Assembly: GCA_963702565.1 (NCBI GenBank)
Contig: CAVPDE010000023.1
Coordinates: 52,601-116,600, forward strand
DNA length: 64,000 nucleotides
Direction: 5' to 3'
Origin: an uncultured delta proteobacterium
GTDB lineage: Bacteria > Desulfobacterota > DSM-4660 > Desulfatiglandales > HGW-15
The notes beneath the pieces are model-generated. The model did no database searches, was not told the DNA's origin, and saw nothing but the letters and a program-made list of their open reading frames with translations. This document shows, piece after piece, positions 26,543 to 37,078 of the stretch (positions within the stretch are counted from its first letter, which is position 1; the number at the start of each line of letters is the position of its first letter). Both the position numbers and the translations under genes were made by a program.

Positions 26543-28322
26543 ATGGCGGATAAAACCACAGGCGGCGCAATCATAGCGCGAATGCTCAAACAGGAAGGAG
26601 TCGAGAAGTTCTTCGGAATCATCGACGGAACCTACACCCAGCTCTTCAAGAACTGTGTGGACATGGGGATGCAGATGATCACCCCGCGCCACGAGTCCAT
26701 TGCGGCGCACATGGCGGGCGCCTACGCCAGGCTGACCGGGAAGCTCGGCGTGTGTTTGGCCTCGAGCGGCCCAGGGGTTGCCAACGTGCTCAGCGGAGCC
26801 TGCGTTGAAAACGCGGAAGGCAACCGCGTGCTGCTGATCACCAGTTGCCGGCGAACACCGGTTACCTACCCTGATCGGGGTGGGGCTTACCAGTTCTTTG
26901 ATCAGGTAGGGGTCATCAAGGCCATGTCCAAATGGTCTTGTGCGGTCCCTTCCTTTGACCGGATCCCGGAACTCATGCGCCGCGCGTTGAGGGTGTGCTA
27001 TGAGGGACGTCCCGGGATCGTGCACATCGATGTGGCAGAGAATCTCATGAACGGCGAGGGTCCCGAGAAGGTCATTCTGAAGCCGCATCAATACCGCCGG
27101 ATAGAGCCTTTTGAGCCTTCCCCGGCAGAAGTGGGACGGGCCGCGGACATGCTCGCCTCGGCAGCACTCCCCGTCATTCACGCGGGCAGCGGAATCATTC
27201 ATGCCGGCGCCTACGCGGAGCTTGCGGAACTTGCTGAGATGCTGCAGGCGCCGGTCACCACTTCCTGGGCGGCCCGAGGGGTGCTTGACGAGAGAAATCC
27301 GCTCTCCATGTGCATGATCCACATCAAGGCCGTCAACCAGGTCCGCAACGAGGCCGACGTGGTTCTGTGCCTGGGGTCGCGCATTGGGGAAACCGACTGG
27401 TGGGGCAAGGCGCCTTACTGGGCGACACCCGATGTCCAGAAGCTCATCCAGGTGGATGTGGATGAGGAGGCGATCGGTCGCACCAGGCCTGTGGATTTGG
27501 GTGTGGTCGGGGATGTGAAGGTCTTCCTGCAGAAGCTGATCGGGGCGCTGAAGGACCGCAAGGTTTCACCTGCCCCAAGAAAGGAAAAGGTCTCCCGCTT
27601 GGCGGGGGAGGCGGCGGCGGATCGGGCCGAGCTGGACAAGAAGCTCCAGGATACAGGCTCGCCCATGCTTACCGGCCATGTGGGTCACATATGCAGGGAA
27701 GTGTTTCCGGATGACTGCCGTGGCCGTATTTGACGGAGGAAATGCGGCGGTTTGGGCCAATTTCTATCACCAGGTGCGGGTGCCCAACACCCTGTTGACC
27801 ACCAATCACATGGGCCACCTGGGGGCCGGTGTGGGCCAAACCCTCGGCGCCTGCGCTGCGCGTCCGGACAAGAAGGTCTACTGCATCATCGGCGACGGAG
27901 CCATGGGGTTCCATCCCCAGGAAATCGAAACCGCCGTGCGCAACCGATTCAAACCCGTATTCCTGGTGGTCACCGACAAGCAGTGGGGCATGGTCAAGAT
28001 CAACCAGAGTTTTGCCCTCAAGTTCTACAAGGCCCTGTGGAACTTCAAGGTGAAAGGGAAAGCCCTGGAACCGGAGGAAACCATCAACACCGAATTGTGT
28101 GAAATCGAGTGGGATATGCTGGCCCGATCTATGGGCGCCTATGGCGAACGGGTGTCTGACCCTGCACAACTGAGGCCCGCCCTGGAGCGCTGCCTGAAAT
28201 CCGACAAATGCGCCGTGATCCACGTGGACGTGGATCCGGTCAAGCACATGATGGCGCCTGGACTGATCCACTTCAAAAACATGCACCAGGAACCCAAAGG
28301 GGAAGTGAGTCGAGCCCATGCC
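26543..28322 (+). pseudogene. Thiamine-diphosphate enzyme (acetolactate synthase-like family), interrupted by a +1 frameshift near 27716
   Basis: The N-terminal Pyr and middle domains are in the frame of ATG 26543 (...REVFPDD). The PP domain (AVAVFDGGNAA...GDGAMGF) continues in the next frame after one extra nt. Combined length ~593 aa is normal for the family. Confidence 0.7.
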
Positions 28323-29289
28323 ATGGATAAGAATGTGTTCATCACCGGTGCCGGTGGATACATCGGCAGCCTGACGGTTGCTGCTCTTGCCAAGAGCCGA
28401 GGCAGCGTGAACAGGATCATCGCGGCAGACATCCGGCCGGTAGCCGAGGACCGTCGGGTTGCCGGAGTGGAGTACGTTACAGCAGATATCCGAGATCCCG
28501 GGCTCGGGACATTGTTCCTGGAGCATCAGGTGGACATCGTGGTCCACCTGGCTGCGGTCGTCAATCCAGGCAAAAACCCGGACCGGGATTTTCTTCATGC
28601 CGTGGAGGTGGAGGGTACGCGCAATGTCCTGAAGGCCTGCGTTTCCGCCGGCGTCAAGAAGTTCATCTACACCTCGTCAGGGGCGGCCTACGGATACTAC
28701 AGCGACAATCCTGAATGGCTGACATGAGGACGACCTCATCCGGGGCAACCCCGAGTTTCCCTACTCGGACCACAAGCGCCAGGTGGAGGAGATGCTGGCG
28801 GACCACCGGCAAGCGCATCCGGAGCTGAAGCAATTGATCTTCCGGTGCTGCACGATTCTGGGGGCCACGGCGAAAAACCAGATCACCGACCTCTTCGACG
28901 GAAAACGCGTGCTTGGGCTCACCGGCTGCGAGATCCCTTTCGTCCTCATCTGGGACATGGATGTGGTCGGGGCCATTCTCAAGGGCATCCTTGAGGAGGA
29001 TTCCACCGGCATCTACAACGTGGCTGGGGACGGGATTCTCACCATGAAGGAGATGGCCAGCCTCTTGGGTAAACCCTATGTGGCTGTGCCGCCGGGGCTG
29101 ATCAAAGGGGCCCTCTGGGTCATGAAAAAATTGAGGGTAACCCAGTATGGCCCGGAGCAGGTCAATTTCCTGCGATACAGGCCCGTCCTCTCCAACAGGC
29201 GGCTCAAAGAGGTGTTCGGGTTCTGTCCGCAAAAAACCACACGCGAAGTGTTCCAGTTCTTCCTGGAGTGCAGAAAGAGCGGTGGCTGA
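28323..29289 (+). pseudogene. NAD-dependent epimerase/dehydratase (extended SDR), interrupted by a +1 frameshift at 28722-28725
   Basis: MDKNVFITGAGGYIGS...YTSSGAAYGYYSDNPEWL, then four nt 'acat' where three are needed, then EDDLIRGNPEFPYSDHK (YxxxK) and the rest (ORF 28783-29289) in the next frame. No stop separates it from the upstream ThDP enzyme frame. Confidence 0.7.
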
Positions 29290-29358
29290 ATTAAGGCCTT
29301 AGCGGAAACGGGTGACATAACTTCGTTCGTTTGCCGGACCAGTCTGCAGTGAGGAGAG

Positions 29359-30666
29359 ATGGAAATGAATACCGTGGCTGCGCCCAAAGAGTATAAGCTG
29401 TCCAAATTCAGCACCTACTACATTTTCGCCCTGCTGTTTCTGCTGTATTTCTTCGATTATGTGGACCGGATGATCGTCACCTCTCTTTTCCCCTACATTC
29501 AGAAAGAATGGGGGCTCACGGATACCCAATCCGGCCTTCTCGTCTCGGTCGTCTACTGGTCCATCGTCGCCTTCGTCTTTCCTGTTTCGATCCTCGTGGA
29601 CCGCTGGAGCCGGAAAAAAACCATTGCCATCATGGCGCTCGATGTGGAGCTTGGCCACTGCGCTATGCGCTTTCACCAAGAGCTTTCCCCAGTTGCTCAT
29701 GGCCCGCTCCGGCATCGGTATCGGGGAAGCCGGGTATGCGCCCGCAGGCACGGCAATGCTCTCCGGCCTCTTTCCTCCGGAAAAACGCTCCCGCATGATG
29801 GGTCTCTGGAACATGTCTATCCCCCTCGGGATTGCCGTTGGGATCGCCGTCGGCGGATTTGTTGCCCAGCACTGGGGATGGCGGCATGCCTTTGGTCTGG
29901 TGGCTCTTCCCGGCGCGTTTGCTGCTATTCTCTTCTTCTTTGTCAAAGATTACAAAACAGTGGATCTGGTCAAGACCGTGGGATCCTCAGGTGCCGGGGA
30001 GCACAAAAGGCCAGGATGAGCAAGATGGATATCTTTCGGGAATTTATCCATACCCCATCCCTGATGTTGACCAATCTGGGGTTTATCGGCTGCATCTTCG
30101 TCAACAACGCCATTATTGTCTGGCTTCCCACTTATCTTCACCGCGTGGAAGGCATCTCCATGAGCGAAGCGGGAACGAAGGTGGGGGCGATCATGTTATT
30201 GGCCATCATCGGTCTTCCCGTGGGAGGATGGTTGACCGATGTGTGGTTTAAGAAAAATGTGAGCTCGCGAATGCTCTTTCCAAGCCTGACCATAGCCCTG
30301 AATACCGTCGTCATCTTTGCCGCGTTTTTCTTCCTTGACGGAAAGGCACAGTACCTGATGCTCCTGCTCATGGGGGTCTTGGCCAGCATGTTCGCTCCGG
30401 CGGCCATCATCGTCACCCAGGAGGTTATCCACCCCGGCCTTCGGGCCATCTCCTACTCCGTCTGCGTGGTTTTTCAGAATCTGTTCGGGGCGTCCATGGC
30501 GCCGATCGTCATAGGGGCGCTCTCCGATGCTTACGGCATCAAAGTGGCCATGTCCATTCTGCCCGTGTTCCTGCTTGCTTCGGCGGTCCTGTTCTTTGCC
30601 GGCTCTTTTTCTTACAAGAAGGATCTGGACAAAGTAGAAAAAGTCGCTCTGGAGTGTGAAGACTAA
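29359..30666 (+). pseudogene. MFS transporter with a compensating pair of frameshifts
   Basis: The ends of the 435-aa ORF are MFS-like, but codons ~95-220 are Arg/Cys-rich nonsense. The genuine middle (MWSLATALCAF...ARSGIGIGEAGYAPAGTAMLSGLFPPEKRSRMMG...) is in the +1 frame (ORF 29624-30019). Confidence 0.7.
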
Positions 30667-30687
30667 AGGATGGTAAGGGTTTGGTAA

Positions 30688-30992
30688 CGTTCAAAAGTGT
30701 TAGCATGGGACCGAATCTATCCGGACAGGGCTGGGAGCTTTTCCTGCGTTCCAAGGCCGCCCGGGGCGGCCAAGTCTCCCGGGCTGGTCTTTTCTACGGT
30801 TTATCTACGGGGGAGTCTTGCCCCCTCCCACTGTTCCCCGCGCATTCGCTCGGGGCCAGGGGCTTCCCCCATAGATAAACCATGAAAAGACAGCGCCCTC
30901 CCGCCAGTCACTCCGGAAAAGCTCCCAGCCCTGTCCGAGGTGTGGCGAGTGATGTGAGATCCTTTGTGCGCCCATGTAAACACTTTTGAACG
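30688..30992. repeat. 305-bp imperfect palindrome (two inverted copies of a ~135-bp unit)
   Basis: Terminal 14-mers 'cgttcaaaagtgtt' / 'aacacttttgaacg'. Perfect 23-bp arms at 30722-30744 and 30915-30937 (cggacagggctgggagcttttcc). A third block, gtcttttc.a.ggtttatcta.ggggga, is present in both arms. Confidence 0.8.
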
Positions 30993-31076
30993 ATACAAAT
31001 GGTTTAGTTTTTTGAAATGAATGGCCTTTTTCTGTAACTATTTGAAGAAGCCAAACGGTTATGGAGGATAAATCCT

Positions 31077-31883
31077 TTGCTGGAAGGTAAAGTGATCGCG
31101 GTGACAGGAGGGGCCAGCGGAATCGGACTGGCCATCTGCCGGCGTTTCGGCCGCGAAGGCTGCCGGGTGGCCGTCATTGACATGAACGGGGAAGAGGCAT
31201 CGCGCCAAGTCAAGGCCTTACAGGGATCGGGTATCGAAGCTAAAGCCTTCACCTGTGACGTGAGCCGGGAAGAGGAATGCTTACAGACCATTCAGGCTGT
31301 AATTGACGTCTACGGAGGAATTGACATCCTTGTCAACAATGCCGGCCTTACTCAGCGCAGCGCCTTTGTCGATACGCAAACCGCTGTTTATAAAAAGATC
31401 ATGGCCGTGAACTTCTTCGGAGCGCTCTATTGCACCAAGGCGGCGATCAAGAGCCTGATTGAGCGGCAGGGATTCATTATCGTGACCTCCAGCCACGCCG
31501 GCTATGCCCCGCTGCTGGGACGGACGGCCTACAGCGCCAGCAAGCACGCCCTCCATGGTCTTTTTGAAAGTCTGCGGACGGAAGTCAAAGATATGGGCGT
31601 CCACGTCATGATGCTCTGTCCAGGATTTACTCGAACGAACTTGCAGGACAGGGCTCTGGATGGTGACGGCAGCATCACCCGTCATCCGCGGTCTAAAGTC
31701 GGGGCAGAAGATACACCGGAACACGTTGCCGAGGCTGTGTTCCAGGGAGTCATCAAAAGGAAGTGTATGCTGATTCTGACACCCACAGGGAAAATGACTT
31801 ACTGGCTGAGTCGCCTGGCTCCGGGACTGTATGAGAAGATCATGGCCGACAAGCTAAAGCAGGAATTGATACGCCTGCCTTAG
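31077..31883 (+). CDS. Classical short-chain dehydrogenase/reductase
   Basis: TGGASGIGLA cofactor motif, NNAG, and catalytic S...YSASK. TTG start at 31077 lies 8 nt after GGAGGA. Confidence 0.85.
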   Translation: MLEGKVIAVTGGASGIGLAICRRFGREGCRVAVIDMNGEEASRQVKALQGSGIEAKAFTCDVSREEECLQTIQAVIDVYGGIDILVNNAGLTQRSAFVDTQTAVYKKIMAVNFFGALYCTKAAIKSLIERQGFIIVTSSHAGYAPLLGRTAYSASKHALHGLFESLRTEVKDMGVHVMMLCPGFTRTNLQDRALDGDGSITRHPRSKVGAEDTPEHVAEAVFQGVIKRKCMLILTPTGKMTYWLSRLAPGLYEKIMADKLKQELIRLP

Positions 31884-31997
31884 TCCTTTTCGTGTTTTGA
31901 AAGCAAGATCATCCGCCAGCCCCGACCTCAATGACACATGGACTTTTCTTTCTGGATTTGCTATTTAGGGGGCAGAAAACTCTAGGGAGGGAGAAGA

Positions 31998-33276
31998 ATG
32001 GCTTTCGAGACCGCCTTTACCATGGATACGTCCAGCATCAAGTACGGCCCAGGTGTGACCCGCGAGGTGGGGCACGACATGAAAGAACAGGGTACCCGGC
32101 GTGTGATGGTTGTGACCGATCCCAGCCTGACAAAGAGTCAATCGGTCTCCGTAACGCTTGAGGCTCTCCGCAAAGAGGGCATCGAAGCTGTTCTCTTCGA
32201 CCGCGTGAGCGTGGAGCCTACGGACCTCTCCTTCATGGAAGCCATCCGATTTGCGAAGGAGGGAAAGTTTGACGGTTACGTCGCCGTCGGAGGCGGCTCC
32301 AGTATGGACACGGCCAAGGCAGCCAATCTCTATGCTACCTATCCTGCAGATCTCCTAACCTACGTGAACGCACCCATAGGGCAGGGGAAACCGGTGCCCG
32401 GGCGGTTGAAGCCGCTGATCGCGATCCCGACCACGGCAGGCACAGGCAGCGAAACCACCGGTGTCGCCATTTTCGATCTCCTGGAAATGCATGCCAAGAC
32501 CGGCATTGCCCATCGCGCTCTGCGGCCGGTGATGGGCATCGTGGACCCCGAGAACACGCGCACCCTCCCCAAGATGGTGGCCGCGTGCACCGGCTTAGAT
32601 GTGTTGAGCCACGCGCTCGAGTCCCTTACGGCCCTGCCGTACCACCAGCGGCCTGCCCCTGAAAGCCCCAAGATGCGTCCGGCTTACCAGGGTGCCAACC
32701 CCATCAGTTCCATCTGGGCCTCGCGATCGATTGAAATGATCGCCCGGAGTCTCGTGCGAGCTGTCGAAAATCCGTCGGACGAGGAGGCGAGAGGCCAAAT
32801 GCTGCTGGCAGCGAGCTTTGCCGGGATCGGTTTCGGCAATGCAGGCGTTCACTTGCCGCACGGTATGTCCTATCCGGTATCCGGCATGGTCCGCGAATTA
32901 TGCGCCTGAAGGGTATCCAGCGGGCCACCCGATCGTGCCTCACGGCATGGCCGTGGCCCTGCACGCACCGGCGGTGTTCCGTTTCACGGGGCCGGCAAAC
33001 CCGGAACTCCACTTGTACGCCGCCGGACTCATGGGTGCGAACACCTCGGGCGTGCCCCCAGAGAGCGCGGGGGAACTCTTGGCCGGTACCATCGCCGACC
33101 TGTTGCGCAGGGTGGGCATGCCGAACGGACTGGCTGCAATAGGATTCAAGCCGGAGGACGTGGACAAACTGGTGGCAGGCACGCTGCCGCAGCACCGCGT
33201 CACCAAGCTGTCGCCTCGGCCGGTGGACGGCGGGGCCCTTAAACAGCTTTTCCTGAACTCCATGAAGTGTTGGTAG
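31998..33276 (+). pseudogene. Iron-containing alcohol dehydrogenase of the hydroxyacid-oxoacid transhydrogenase (ADHFE1/HOT) type, +1 frameshift near 32895
   Basis: Closely resembles my recollection of ADHFE1 throughout. The frame breaks between GVHLPHGMSYPVSGMVR and NYAPEGYPAGHPIVPHGMAV (ORFs 31998-32909 and 32818-33276). Confidence 0.7.
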
Positions 33277-34417
33277 AACGTCGGAAGTGTGTTCTGCCTA
33301 GCACAGTTCCCTGTAACGAGCCGCTTCGTTTTATGAGATAACCTATTCCAAGTCTACCCAGCCGCTCGCTCATTCCTCGCTCCGCATCACAGTCTTTTGA
33401 CTGAATTCTTCAATTTCACTCTTGATGGTGAAGCTGTCCAGTCATGTAGACTTCGTTTTGTAAACAAAAGAGTTTCAAGCTCTGTGGATTTTCACCATGC
33501 ATTTGGTATGCTTGAATTTGGCTCACACAAAAAACGATCGATTACGGACACAATGCTAAATCAGGTGAGATCCAAAGAACTGTTAGGAGAGTCCAGTCCA
33601 TCCAGAATGCAACATAAGGTATCTATACCGCAGTCTGCAAGCCTGCCAGAAGGCTCATTGATGACATCAATATTCGAGCATTTATAGGCCAAGGTTTTTC
33701 TTGTCAACCGACTTTCACTCCAATCCGCCACGGTTGAGTCACTCCTCACTCACAGAAGTCTTGGGGCCCAAGAGCCAAACTGACAACCACTGAAACCCAT
33801 TTCATGCAGGAACCTGATTGTGCATCAGGTGACGCCGAAATTTACCCAACGAAGAGAGCTAGTTATCTTTTGGATGTGGCGAGATATGACTTTTTAAGGG
33901 CCTCAAGGGACAGAATCGACGTTAAAGAACCGACGCAACGCGCAATAAATCTCAAGAAGCGGCAAACCGTCACGATTTCTGGTTTTAGACAAATGCCTTT
34001 ATCGCTACCCGAGAGAAGTTCCCGGTCCTAACCGGTGAAAAAGTACCTGTGGTTGGTCGGTTAGGAAATACCATCTTTAGAATGCGTACTTTGTCGGACC
34101 GGGTAGGCGAAATATGGATATAGCGTGAGTTTTCGAGAGCCATCCATATCATCCACCATGAATCAATGGCCAAGTCCGTCTTCTCTTTTACCGCTATCCA
34201 AATTTGCCTTGACCCATTGTGATGAATTCTGCTAGACGAATGACAGTTATGTGAGAAACTACAGTTCGGTATCCCGTTTATAATTCGACACGGCACCAGA
34301 TACGCAAAATTGTTCACTTGGGGAATTCTTCATTTACTTGCCCTGATTTTTAAGGGAAAGATAGTTTGTTGGTAGAACATCAACTTTCACGACCGATTAG
34401 GGGGAAGGAGGAGGCTG

Positions 34418-34924
34418 ATGGCTAAAGAGAGCCCGCTGAAAGATAAGATTGTGCTCGTTGTTGACGACGAGCCTGATGTTCTTGAAACGGTTGCCGCCGA
34501 GCTAGACCTGTGTACCGTCCACACGGCAAAGGACTATGACACTGCCCTGCAATACCTCCTCAGCTACACGTATGATGCTGTCATCCTGGATATTATGGGG
34601 GTGAACGGATTCGCACTCCTCAAGAGGTCTGTGGAGATGGGATTCCCTTCTGTCATGCTGACTGCGCATGCTTTGACTCCAGATGCGCTAAAGAAATCCA
34701 TCAGGCTTGGCGCCCTTTCATTTCTGCCCAAAGAGAAGATGGACCACTTGAAAGAATTTCTCGAGGATGTGGTGCTTGGTGCTAGAAACTCTCTATGGAA
34801 GAAGTTCTTCGATAAACTGGGATCCTATTTCAACAAACGATTTGGTCCGGACTGGAGGGAGAGGGACAGATTCTTTAAGCAGTTTGAAGAATCTCTCATG
34901 AAGAGCGAACAACCGAATTATTAA
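34418..34924 (+). CDS. Stand-alone response-regulator receiver protein with a short unknown C-terminal tail
   Basis: Receiver motifs VLVVDDEPD, phospho-acceptor context AVILDIMG, and MLTAH..T. Very strong RBS GGGGGAAGGAGGAGG. No kinase gene adjacent. Confidence 0.8.
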   Translation: MAKESPLKDKIVLVVDDEPDVLETVAAELDLCTVHTAKDYDTALQYLLSYTYDAVILDIMGVNGFALLKRSVEMGFPSVMLTAHALTPDALKKSIRLGALSFLPKEKMDHLKEFLEDVVLGARNSLWKKFFDKLGSYFNKRFGPDWRERDRFFKQFEESLMKSEQPNY

Positions 34925-35036
34925 GGAGAGCAAATCCGAATCATAAACCGCGACCTAGATAGACGCTTAGCCAACGAAAAATCATCCTTTACGACTGCCG
35001 CAGGTGTGCACTCTTTGACTTGTTTCATCCTTTACA

Positions 35037-36479
35037 TCAAGTATTGATTCCACAAAGCCTCTTTGCTGCTGTCTGCTTCTCCGCCATATTGATCCGGCGG
35101 GCTATCATTATCCTTTGTGCCTGGGGAGATCCGGCACCATGCATCGATTCGGTAAGATAACCTACAGCAGCTGCCCCTAGAGTGATATTTTCAATTAACC
35201 TGAGGATTCGCATCCTATTTATTGTTGGCACATCGGAATTCCCTTTCAGGTATTTCGTCAGCCATTTTTCCGTCTCTGATGCCCTGAGGTCAGCATCCGA
35301 TGGCATCGTTACCATCAGCCCACCGGCAATATCCTGCGCAATGCGTGCGATCTCGTAGGGAAACCGAGTCACGTTTTGCTTGTGGACATTAGCAAGCAAT
35401 GTGTTGACGTTATAAGTGCCGCTGGGTTCTTTGTGCCCTTCAGAGGCACAAGCGATACATCCACAGTAAAGCGTTTCATTCAGATGATTCATCTCGACAA
35501 TCTTATCTCGGATATGTGAAGCATCCGCTACACCATTATACTCAGCAGCAGTCTGCGCTGCCCCTATCAAGACATCTCCTACTCCGACCTTACATGCATA
35601 GCTCTGTCTGTGATACGCGGCAAAAGTCTCTACTAATTGAGCAGCGAATTCATATTCCTTGAACATGAAAACTCTTTCCCATGGTACAAAAACATTGTCA
35701 AAGACCACAAGCGCTTCGTGCCCACCGAAAACCATATTTCCTGTATCGATTGTTTTCCCTTCTAGTTTTCTTGTGTCGCATGACTGCCTTCCCATGATGT
35801 AGACTATACCTTTTGCATCACTGGGAAGCGCAAAGGAAATTGCATAGTCTTTATCCTCCTCCGCCATCGCGATAGTGGGCATCACGATAATTTCGTGTGA
35901 GTTGACAGCTCCAGTCTGGTGAGCCTTGGCACCCCTGACCACTATGCCATCTTTGTTTTCGCCAACTACGTGCATGTACTGGTCGGGATCCGATTGTCTG
36001 TGAGGGGGTAACTTTCTGTCCCCTTTTGGATCGGTCATGGCTCCGTCGCATGTGAGATCGTTTTCCTGAACATATTCAAGATATCTCAAAAAGCGCTCAT
36101 TGTAATGGCTGCAATATTTCCGATCTATATTGTAAGTGACAATGGAGAGTGCATTGAGAGCATCCATGCCCACGCATCTCTGGAAACAGCATCCTGTCTC
36201 CCTGCCTAGCAACCTACCCATTTTACTCTTGCTTACCAAATCTGCCACGTTTTGATGAATATGAGTAAACCGATTAATCCTCTTTCCCGTAATATGAGAG
36301 GTTGCGCTCATTATATCATCGTGGTCTGGGGAATGAGCCAACTCGTACGTCTTGGCAACTGCTCTCATCGATGGGCGGATGATTGGGTCATCCACGACGT
36401 TTTCCACCCGCTTTCCAAACATGTACACAACCAAGTTCAAACGTCTGAGGCTTTCCTCATATTGTTCTGCTGTCATCAT
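35037..36479 (-). CDS. 4-hydroxybutyryl-CoA dehydratase / vinylacetyl-CoA isomerase (AbfD, HpaB-fold) family protein
   Basis: TGCCFQRCVGMDALNA and AYHRQSYACKVGVGD match the Fe-S ligand regions I recall for AbfD. ~480 aa. Start moved to ATG 36479. Confidence 0.8.
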   Translation of the reverse strand: MMTAEQYEESLRRLNLVVYMFGKRVENVVDDPIIRPSMRAVAKTYELAHSPDHDDIMSATSHITGKRINRFTHIHQNVADLVSKSKMGRLLGRETGCCFQRCVGMDALNALSIVTYNIDRKYCSHYNERFLRYLEYVQENDLTCDGAMTDPKGDRKLPPHRQSDPDQYMHVVGENKDGIVVRGAKAHQTGAVNSHEIIVMPTIAMAEEDKDYAISFALPSDAKGIVYIMGRQSCDTRKLEGKTIDTGNMVFGGHEALVVFDNVFVPWERVFMFKEYEFAAQLVETFAAYHRQSYACKVGVGDVLIGAAQTAAEYNGVADASHIRDKIVEMNHLNETLYCGCIACASEGHKEPSGTYNVNTLLANVHKQNVTRFPYEIARIAQDIAGGLMVTMPSDADLRASETEKWLTKYLKGNSDVPTINRMRILRLIENITLGAAAVGYLTESMHGAGSPQAQRIMIARRINMAEKQTAAKRLCGINT

Positions 36480-36565
36480 GGGAATCTGAATGCTCCTGAC
36501 TGTAAGAAATATGAACACGCTTTTTCGAGTTTAGACCCCTTCTCTTACCCTTTTCAGCTGCTATC

Positions 36566-36994
36566 CTAAGAAATGGTGCAAATGATTTCGCAGATTCTGT
36601 CGCCTCCCGCCTTGGTCTTAACAATTTCCAGCCGAGCCTTTCCATCACTTGCTGCCAGGAAATACTCACGGTCGATTGCCATGACCGCCTCACATAGCTG
36701 TCTTGATGTGTCTTCCAGCCCAAAAGGGCACTTGTTCCCCCGCATATGGAATTTATGATCCGTTAAGGTAATCACAGTGATTGTGGCCGGGTCGAAATTC
36801 TCTGCGAATGCAGCTCCAAGCGTCGATAGATTGCTATCAATCAACTTTCTTTTGACCTTCAAACCCAAAGCATGTCCCTGAAGGCCCATGACACGATCAA
36901 CGGTTGGCAGAACCTCATCTCCATATCGTTCGTAAAACGCTTTAACGAGCATGCCTTGCGCTTGGATTGCATTCTGAGGCAGTTTATCTTTCAT
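36566..36994 (-). CDS. Small Cys-motif protein (ATC-hydrolase-like, PF14196-like; tentative)
   Basis: C-terminal pattern KCPFGLED...LCEAVMAIDREYF...AGGDRICEIIC resembles the ATC_hydrolase family as I recall it. Confidence 0.5.
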   Translation of the reverse strand: MKDKLPQNAIQAQGMLVKAFYERYGDEVLPTVDRVMGLQGHALGLKVKRKLIDSNLSTLGAAFAENFDPATITVITLTDHKFHMRGNKCPFGLEDTSRQLCEAVMAIDREYFLAASDGKARLEIVKTKAGGDRICEIICTIS

Positions 36995-37078
36995 TCTTTG
37001 CCCTATTGGTTTCTTCGGGTACTTGTGGGTAGTGTAAATGGGGACTGTGGCTCCGCTGTCTATTCCTATTCAATCCGG

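Noticed and set aside
26480-28598. Antisense ORFs 26480-27322 (-) and 27669-28598 (-) opposite the ThDP enzyme
   Set aside because: Same reasoning: shadow ORFs in a GC-rich coding region.
29624-30019. 131-aa ORF as a separate gene
   Set aside because: It is the correct-frame middle section of the frameshifted MFS transporter, not an independent gene.
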